Assembly (NCBI GenBank): GCA_964556485.1
Contig: CAZKVV010000002.1
Span: 10,291-74,290 of the forward strand
Origin: an uncultured Pseudomonadales bacterium
Lineage (GTDB): Bacteria > Patescibacteriota > Microgenomatia > UBA1400 > PJMF01
DNA length: 64,000 bases
Direction: 5' to 3'
In this document: piece by piece, positions 57,749-64,000 of the stretch
Layout: every line of letters starts with the position of its first letter
How positions within the stretch are numbered: position 1 is the stretch's first letter
Position numbers and translations under genes: made by a program
Notes under the pieces: generated by a model
What the model saw: only the letters and a program-made list of their open reading frames with translations
Database searches by the model: none
Told to the model about the DNA's origin: nothing

Positions 57749-59340
57749 AAGTGTATGCTTAACCGTTTTGATTGTGTACTGTATACCCTGACAAAACCAA
57801 TGCCCGGATAGTCTAGTACTTTTACTTCTGTGTACCCAAAATTTTTCAACGTGCGAAGAACTGTATCATCTGGATCTGTTAAGTCACGCAGATAGTCAAA
57901 GACAAGCACTGTGTCATAGTCTGTGACTCTTTTGAGGCTTTCTGAAAGATCTGGGAGTTGTGAAACATGAATAACTCCGGTGCTCATCTTTGGGTAATTA
58001 GATTTATCATACCAGGTCCATGGAGCAAATGGCTCTGGAAATGAGAATAAAACTACTGAGTTTTTTGGGTATTGTGTGAGAATTTGAGTGTGCAGATCTC
58101 TCCAGTTTTCTCTTTGCAGATTTTTATTTAGATAATATTGGGTGGTACTCCAAATTGAGACACCGATACATGTGACTAAAAGCAGATTTCCAGTAACCTT
58201 ATACAGTTTTTGTTTGTGAGCCAGCAGCGTTGTAATGCATGCGCTGATGAGCAAGACAAAAGCCGGATGGATTGCAAGCATGCGTTTTGGTTGAACTACA
58301 GGCACAATAAATGAAATGAGCCAAGCAGTGAATAAAGGCACTATAAACCAAAAAACAAAGATGAAAAGTATTTTTAGATTGTTAGCTTTTGCTTTATTCA
58401 TCAATGCAAATATGCCAATGAGCAGTGAAATTGACAGTAGTAATCCCACACACAAAAAAAATGGTGTCAGAGTGATATCAAGCACTCCAAACGTGAATTT
58501 TGCGATTGTGAGCGGTATCGCTTTCAACTGAGGAATGCTGACGACCTCTTCCCAACCGGGTAAATCTTGACGGAGTGTCCCACCTACCTGTAGCTGTTCT
58601 AAAAATTTTGGCATCCATGGCAAGAAAGCTAAAACAGCTAGTAGTACAGAAATAAAATACTGTCTTTTTGCTGTGTCGCGGAGGTTAAAAAGAGCATAGC
58701 CAAATTGACCAATCACAATAAAAGGATAGAGATATGAAGAATATAAACCTGCGATAGTGGATAGTACTAAAGACCATAGCTGAATAGTTTTTGCTTTTTG
58801 ATTTTTGATGATGATAAACCATGAAAGTGTTGCAAAAAGTGCTGGTAGTGCGTAGGGGCGTAATTCCTGAGAAAAGTAAATGTGAAAGGATGAAATCCCA
58901 AGTAATAATCCAGCGAGTGCGCCAGTATTTTTTTGCAGGGTTTTCTCACCAAGTTTTATAGTTAGATAAATGGTAAACAAACTGGGTATCAGCGCACCCC
59001 AGATTCTAAGCCAAGCCTCTTTTTGTGAGAAAGGTATTGCAAAATGTAGCAAAAGATGCAGAAGTGGTGGCTGAAAATCGTATGCTATTTCAAGCTGCTT
59101 TGATAATGGTCGCGCACTTTCCAGAGCCTGCGCCGCTTCATCTAACCAAAATGAACCACTCAAAAGCGGTAGCCTGAGAATGAGAGATACTAATAATATA
59201 AGAAGTATGATTTTTTTTGAGCCTGACACACTTATAGTATAGGTGTTGTGAGTAGATAACGAAAGTCTGGCAAATTTTTTGTTGTCTACAGAATAGATTG
59301 TGAGTTGTACAATGACACCATGGATCAACAGTTTGTACAA
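57745..59340 (-). CDS. GT-C family glycosyltransferase (PMT_2/ArnT-like); start codon uncertain
   Basis: Polytopic 531 aa; GSFWLDEAAQ...DFQPPLLHLLLHF resembles the first periplasmic loop of GT83/PMT_2 enzymes. The annotated ATG overlaps the divergent UXS gene, so the true start may be an internal or non-ATG codon. Confidence 0.55.
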   Translation of the reverse strand: MYKLLIHGVIVQLTIYSVDNKKFARLSLSTHNTYTISVSGSKKIILLILLVSLILRLPLLSGSFWLDEAAQALESARPLSKQLEIAYDFQPPLLHLLLHFAIPFSQKEAWLRIWGALIPSLFTIYLTIKLGEKTLQKNTGALAGLLLGISSFHIYFSQELRPYALPALFATLSWFIIIKNQKAKTIQLWSLVLSTIAGLYSSYLYPFIVIGQFGYALFNLRDTAKRQYFISVLLAVLAFLPWMPKFLEQLQVGGTLRQDLPGWEEVVSIPQLKAIPLTIAKFTFGVLDITLTPFFLCVGLLLSISLLIGIFALMNKAKANNLKILFIFVFWFIVPLFTAWLISFIVPVVQPKRMLAIHPAFVLLISACITTLLAHKQKLYKVTGNLLLVTCIGVSIWSTTQYYLNKNLQRENWRDLHTQILTQYPKNSVVLFSFPEPFAPWTWYDKSNYPKMSTGVIHVSQLPDLSESLKRVTDYDTVLVFDYLRDLTDPDDTVLRTLKNFGYTEVKVLDYPGIGFVRVYSTQSKRLSIHL

Positions 59341-60291
59341 AAAAAAGTAGTAGTCACGGGAGCTGCAGGATTTTTAGGATCGCATTTAGTAGATGCTCTA
59401 CTGGCTCAGGGAGCAGACGTCATTGGGATTGATAATTTTATTACTGGCAGCAAACTGAACTTGAGTCACTTAGATGACAATAGCAATTTCCATTTTATTC
59501 AAGCTGATGTGATAAAACAGCCTGAGACTTATCTAGTAAATGTCGTTCCAGATTATCTTTTTCATTTTGCATCCCCCGCCTCGCCGCCACAGTATCAAAA
59601 GTATCCCGTTGAAACGTACTTAGTAAACAGTTGGGCGACGCACCAACTGTTAACTTTTTTACGAAAGCAAAATCCTAAAGCCACCTTCATTTTCGCAGGC
59701 ACTTCAGAGGCATACGGAGATCCGCAAGTCCATCCTCAGTCAGAGACGTATTGGGGCAATGTGAATCCAAATGGAGTGCGATCCTGTTACGATGAATCAA
59801 AGCGAATGGGCGAAACGATTTGCGGTGTATTTTATAGAGATTTTGGTTTTGATACCAGAATCGTAAGAATTTTTAATACCTATGGACCAAGAATGAGTCT
59901 TGATGACGGTCGAGTCATTCCCAACTTAATTTCTCTTGCCTTACAAAAAAAACCATTATCCATTTATGGTGATGGTAGCCAAACGAGATCATATTGCTAC
60001 GTTACCGATTTGATTGCGGGAATTATTGCTGTATCGAAAAATAATTCCTGTTCTGGTGAAACGATTAATTTGGGAAATCCTGGAGAATTTACAATCTTGG
60101 AGACAGCCAAAGAGATTGAAAAAGTGCTTGGTTCATCTGAATACGTGTATAAACCTTTACCTGCTGATGATCCACTACAACGAAAGCCTGATATCAAAAA
60201 AGCAAAGTCTATATTAGGTTGGGAACCTACAATTGCATTTCCTGAAGGTTTAGCAAAAACGATTGCTTTTTTCTTGGCAATAAAACAATAA
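59305..60291 (+). CDS. UDP-glucuronate decarboxylase / UDP-xylose synthase-like NAD-dependent epimerase-dehydratase
   Basis: KVVVTGAAGFLGSHLVDALL (GxxGxxG), YDESKR (YxxxK), RIFNTYGPRM..DGRVIPNLI; probable real start at MDQQF (59320). Confidence 0.75.
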   Translation: MYNDTMDQQFVQKKVVVTGAAGFLGSHLVDALLAQGADVIGIDNFITGSKLNLSHLDDNSNFHFIQADVIKQPETYLVNVVPDYLFHFASPASPPQYQKYPVETYLVNSWATHQLLTFLRKQNPKATFIFAGTSEAYGDPQVHPQSETYWGNVNPNGVRSCYDESKRMGETICGVFYRDFGFDTRIVRIFNTYGPRMSLDDGRVIPNLISLALQKKPLSIYGDGSQTRSYCYVTDLIAGIIAVSKNNSCSGETINLGNPGEFTILETAKEIEKVLGSSEYVYKPLPADDPLQRKPDIKKAKSILGWEPTIAFPEGLAKTIAFFLAIKQ

Positions 60292-60292
60292 A

Positions 60293-60571
60293 CTATCCTT
60301 TTGCTATTACCATTCCTTGTTCCCAGTACAAGACTTGTCCAGATCGAGAAGTACCAATAATTTGACCTTCTTCCAATTCATCATCTTCAGAAACTTTAAA
60401 TTTAAAGTGTGAAGGCATTGGTTCACCTTTGAAAGAATGAGCAAAAGTACTAAATAGAAACTTTCCCTCTTCAGTTAATTCACCTTCAAATGGAGATGAA
60501 TACTCAATCTTCACTTTTCGGATGGCCACTTCTCCTACGTTTTTGCTAGCGCGTTCTTTTTTTCTAGACAT
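60293..60571 (-). CDS. Hypothetical protein (92 aa)
   Basis: ORF with plausible coding bias; no motifs recognised. Confidence 0.4.
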   Translation of the reverse strand: MSRKKERASKNVGEVAIRKVKIEYSSPFEGELTEEGKFLFSTFAHSFKGEPMPSHFKFKVSEDDELEEGQIIGTSRSGQVLYWEQGMVIAKG

Positions 60572-60579
60572 TTTTCTTT

Positions 60580-61338
60580 CTAATTAAGTAATGGATTAAT
60601 TGGCATATCAGGATGACCAGGTAGATGTGGCATTACAAATCCGTTCATATAGTCTTGGTAACTAAAAACGGCTATGACGTCCGCACCTTGGAGGGTGAGA
60701 TTTTTTGTTAATTCTCTTAAAAAGAGTACGTTTTGATTAGTAAAGGGTAATGACAGGTTTCTTGTTTCTCCACCTTCATAGAGGTCAAACTCAACTCGTA
60801 TTTCACCTTCTGCAACCGCATGATCCCAAGCAACAAGTAATGAACCTTCTTCGTAGTCCTCTTCATCCCAATCTCGATCTTCATCTTCCTCGGTTTCAAA
60901 ATCCAAGTATTCTGATTCATAAACTTCATCGTCATCCATTGTATGTGCAACAGTGGAGTCAAAGAAAATCTGAGATTCATCATCAATTTGATGAAGAAAT
61001 TTTTCTGAGGTATCTAGGGAAAAACCAATTGATAACTCTAATTCAGAGTATGGATTATTTAGATCTTGATGTTGATTCCGGCTATTTTCAATAAATGGCA
61101 AATATTGTTCAACAACAAATGGTGGTGAAGTAGCAATTCTGTAGTGTGGAAAGTAATCAGCATCTTCTCGGTACACTCTATCAATAAGATAGTTTAATTC
61201 TGATGCAATGAGTCTGCTTTCTCGTTGTGACCCTTTTTGGGGGTTTTCAGCAGTTAAGTAGAGTTCTTTTGTAAGTGCGGGTATCTTTTTATGAATATAG
61301 AACTGTTCAAGTGCCTTAGTTTTGTGTTCCTTACTCAT
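60580..61338 (-). CDS. Hypothetical highly acidic protein (252 aa)
   Basis: Contains a D/E-rich stretch DDDEVYESEYLDFETEEDEDRDWDEEDYEEG; no motifs recognised. Confidence 0.45.
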   Translation of the reverse strand: MSKEHKTKALEQFYIHKKIPALTKELYLTAENPQKGSQRESRLIASELNYLIDRVYREDADYFPHYRIATSPPFVVEQYLPFIENSRNQHQDLNNPYSELELSIGFSLDTSEKFLHQIDDESQIFFDSTVAHTMDDDEVYESEYLDFETEEDEDRDWDEEDYEEGSLLVAWDHAVAEGEIRVEFDLYEGGETRNLSLPFTNQNVLFLRELTKNLTLQGADVIAVFSYQDYMNGFVMPHLPGHPDMPINPLLN

Positions 61339-61421
61339 TACTTTTTGTATCTTTCAAACGCTATCTATTTTTTGGAGTATAACAATAATTTACGAAATGA
61401 CAATGCAGCTGTAATGTGTAA

Positions 61422-64000
61422 CTATTCAAAAATGTGAACTGGTACGAATGCATAATTCCAAGTGTCATTCTGTTTAGCAAATTGTAAATAATGGTCGTTG
61501 TCACTGCCGCTTACTGAAGTTGAGAGATAGTGAATGTTTTTATCTATTGTGCTGAAAGTTGGCATTTGAGAGGTTGGGAACATATCGCCGGATACTACAA
61601 AGACAGAAAGCCAAGTTTTTGCTTGAAAATATGGAATAACTGTTCTTAAGAAAAACGCATTGCCTTTTTGCGGTGAGTTTGAGGTGAGCTGCGATGTGAG
61701 GTTTTGAAAATCTGAGTTAGCATTTGCGCCCACCCAAGCTGCTTGATTTGTAAATACAAAGACCGATTTGAGAGTAGGAATTTTATCTATATCAAGCAAT
61801 GTGTTTAGGATAAATAGCTGCTGATCATGACTAAAAGAGCCATCCGCTTGAGGTCTTAGAAAGACAAATAATTCTTCTTCAGTAAAAAAGGCTTGTTGTG
61901 GAATACTTGGTCGTTGAGAAATGTGTTGGTGTTCATTACCAGGTAGGTAAATTAGTGGTTGGTTGAGTTCGGATAAAATTAGTTGTGAAAGTAATGCTTG
62001 TTGTCCGCTATCATAATTTGGAAGCACATCCCCCATGATCACAGAAAAGTTTTGCTCAGGTGTCATCCTTTTGAGTAAAGTAGCAACATTTTTTGTGCCC
62101 ATTGATAGTCCTGCGTCGGGGTGCCCAAATGTTTGTGATGCCACACTAAATTGATAGTTTTCTGCAAGAGTCTTAAGATCAAGATGCTGGTGCCATGTAA
62201 TTGGAGTTGCAGATATCTTTTTGGTATTTGGATGAAGTTCATAGATGTTGCAGGTTGCCCCACATGCAGTGTCTTCAACTGTAAGATCGAATTGAGAATG
62301 TACTTGTTGGAATGCAGACTGATTTGCTTGTTCAAGTCCAAAATTAGTAACGAAAGTACGTTGTGATGGCATGCTGCCATTTTTGACTTGGTCAAATGCT
62401 GTCAAGCTGTCAGCACTCCAAACAGTGGTTGCAGTATCATAGTAACTCTGATCTGCTGAAAGAGGTGCAACTGAATAGAGACCGTTGCTATAGAGATCAA
62501 TGAAATAAGGATTTAGAGTTGTTAAGAAAATAGGCTTTTTACCCGACTCATCAAATGTATTTCCTACAGTATAGTTGTAAAAGAATGTGTTGAGTCTTCG
62601 TAGAAATGGGTAGTTCCAATTGGTATGCTGGTCTGCAAAATTAGTAGTTACCGACTTTAAGATACTCTGATTAGTGAAAATGCTGAATAAGAGTGCAATA
62701 TTGAGAAGTTTTACTATTTTTCGTATGTGAACTGGATATTCCGCATGAATCAGATTAAGTGACCAAGCAAAAAGAAGACAAACAATGAAAATGATTATTG
62801 CTTCAAATACGTAACTAAATCCGGCAACTGGCACCATTTCTCTAAATGGCACTGCCATTGTTGCAAGTAAGAGCGTGGCAAACTGAATAGTGCGGTTTGG
62901 AGTTGTTTTGGCAATGAGCATCCATAAGGCAACTACCGACATACTTCCCAGTAGCAAGTTGAGGTAGTAGAACATGCCTGGATTGTCATAGATCCATAAC
63001 AAAGGAACTAATAGCACTGGATAGAGATTAAAACCGTTGAGTTGAGTTTGGCCGTCTCTGCATAGGTTAAAGGTGCCTTGCTGCATGAAACAGCGAGCTG
63101 AAGTTATTTGTTCTGCACTGATCAGAGATTTAGAAAAGTTAAGGATAGGACTTTGTTCAGTAAATGGATTTTGATGAACAAGTATGAAATATACCAGCAA
63201 AGTAACCAGCAGTGGCCAGCCTTTTGTAAAGAAACTGGTGATTTTTTGTATAAATTGGTTATCGAGTTCTTTGCTTTTTGTTGGATTCGAGGTTCGAAGT
63301 CCACCAATAATGAGACCACCTAATGCCCAGTACGTGAAAGCAACTTTTGATGCCGCAAATACATCGATGGTGATGGCATTGATTAATATACCAACAGTGC
63401 CAGCTAGAAACCCTAAGGCAAGTCCAGATAGGATGGGATCCTCAACCTGGTACGCTTTTTGGGCTCGTTTGACCACAAAGAACAACACGCCAAAAAAAGT
63501 TATAAACCCAAGAATGCCTGTTTCACCGAGCACACGCAAAAAGTTATTATCTGTGCTGTCAGCCTCCGTATATTGGGCAGTTTTTTCTTTATTGAGTGTT
63601 GCATATGCGCTACCTGTCAAAGGATTTCTAACTAATCCACGTAATGCTTGAGGCCATAGTGTGTCAAAACGAATTCCCAGAGACAAGCCATATTTCAGTG
63701 CATTTTCGCTCCAAGTTCTCTCTTTCTCAACAATGATGTACACAGTTTCACCAGTGGCAGAGGTTGTTGCCACTTTAACTAAATCTGGAATATCCACATA
63801 CACATCATCTGGTTTTAGATTGCCAGTCTCACTTACATTTTGTTGTTGGAGTTTAAGAGCTGAATCGTCGGGAAGCAGTGAATCTATTTTAAGTACCACT
63901 GTATATACTGGTGCGACATTTTTAGTGAGCTGAGCTAAGCTTTTATAGACATCAGGTGCAAGCAGTAGTAGCCCAATCATTCCCAATGTAGCCAAACCAC
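61422..64000 (-). CDS. O-antigen ligase-like (Wzy_C) membrane protein fused to a C-terminal metallophosphoesterase domain; 5' end beyond window
   Basis: N-terminal part (YVDIPDLVKVATTSA...NALKYGLSLGIRFDTLWPQA...TEADSTDNNFLRVLGETGILGF) is paralogous to 50076..51674. Further TM helices follow, then GDVLPNYDSG...LPGNEH (GD/GNHE calcineurin-like phosphoesterase motifs). The frame is open to position 64000 and the track start is a TTG. Confidence 0.6.
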   Translation of the reverse strand, partial: GLATLGMIGLLLLAPDVYKSLAQLTKNVAPVYTVVLKIDSLLPDDSALKLQQQNVSETGNLKPDDVYVDIPDLVKVATTSATGETVYIIVEKERTWSENALKYGLSLGIRFDTLWPQALRGLVRNPLTGSAYATLNKEKTAQYTEADSTDNNFLRVLGETGILGFITFFGVLFFVVKRAQKAYQVEDPILSGLALGFLAGTVGILINAITIDVFAASKVAFTYWALGGLIIGGLRTSNPTKSKELDNQFIQKITSFFTKGWPLLVTLLVYFILVHQNPFTEQSPILNFSKSLISAEQITSARCFMQQGTFNLCRDGQTQLNGFNLYPVLLVPLLWIYDNPGMFYYLNLLLGSMSVVALWMLIAKTTPNRTIQFATLLLATMAVPFREMVPVAGFSYVFEAIIIFIVCLLFAWSLNLIHAEYPVHIRKIVKLLNIALLFSIFTNQSILKSVTTNFADQHTNWNYPFLRRLNTFFYNYTVGNTFDESGKKPIFLTTLNPYFIDLYSNGLYSVAPLSADQSYYDTATTVWSADSLTAFDQVKNGSMPSQRTFVTNFGLEQANQSAFQQVHSQFDLTVEDTACGATCNIYELHPNTKKISATPITWHQHLDLKTLAENYQFSVASQTFGHPDAGLSMGTKNVATLLKRMTPEQNFSVIMGDVLPNYDSGQQALLSQLILSELNQPLIYLPGNEHQHISQRPSIPQQAFFTEEELFVFLRPQADGSFSHDQQLFILNTLLDIDKIPTLKSVFVFTNQAAWVGANANSDFQNLTSQLTSNSPQKGNAFFLRTVIPYFQAKTWLSVFVVSGDMFPTSQMPTFSTIDKNIHYLSTSVSGSDNDHYLQFAKQNDTWNYAFVPVHIFE

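Noticed and set aside
1-64000. CRISPR arrays, rRNA genes
   Set aside because: No regularly spaced short direct repeats and no rRNA-like conserved stretches were seen on either strand.

Overview
This window is a low-GC (~38-40% by eye), gene-dense bacterial chromosome segment, read from the six-frame track and the raw sequence on both strands, with no database searches possible. Most genes lie on the minus strand. The set of core genes (reduced dcw cluster, type-2 IleRS, many small orphan membrane proteins) suggests a small-genome, possibly Patescibacteria/CPR-like organism. That is inference only.

- **1-3 kb:** an htpX-lemA pair, tRNA-Asp, and three small membrane-protein genes that each end at a strong hairpin terminator.
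- **3-6 kb:** a 2.8 kb mini-island bracketed by tRNA-Gly(CCC) and tRNA-Thr(CGT). It carries a minimal nucleotidyltransferase, a 309-aa orphan protein, an HD-domain hydrolase, a degenerate gene remnant, and a ~80-bp direct-repeat family (GAGCTG-N11-CAGCTC hairpin) that resembles the tRNA-Gly 3' end plus the sequence just downstream of it. This is the best candidate in the window for an undescribed mobile, defence or cassette module.
- **6-13 kb:** a 990-aa orphan cytoplasmic protein, an Ig-like envelope protein, and a three-gene glycan module (Wzy/ligase-like, GT2, Wzx).
- **13-17.5 kb:** housekeeping genes: lepB, parB, rpmA, a THUMP-type methyltransferase, rplU, rodA.
- **17.5-20.6 kb:** a eukaryote-like IleRS preceded by a T-box leader.
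- **20.6-36.6 kb:** a compact, atypically composed dcw cluster: mraZ, rsmH, ftsL, ftsI, a short Mur ligase, a yvcK-like gene, murC, murB, murA, mraY, ftsW, murG, ftsQ-like, ftsA, ftsZ.
- **36.7-39.8 kb:** glyQS with a second T-box leader, then recO.
- **39.8-64 kb:** a >20 kb surface-glycosylation locus with three notable features.
  - Content: sugar-P transferase, manC, six GT4, two GT2, two PMT/ArnT-like GT-C enzymes, an acetyltransferase and a UDP-xylose-synthase-like gene.
  - ruvCAB is embedded inside the locus.
  - Two paralogous O-antigen-ligase-like genes are present. One of them is fused to a C-terminal metallophosphoesterase domain and runs off the window end.

No CRISPR array, rRNA, integrase or transposase was recognised.
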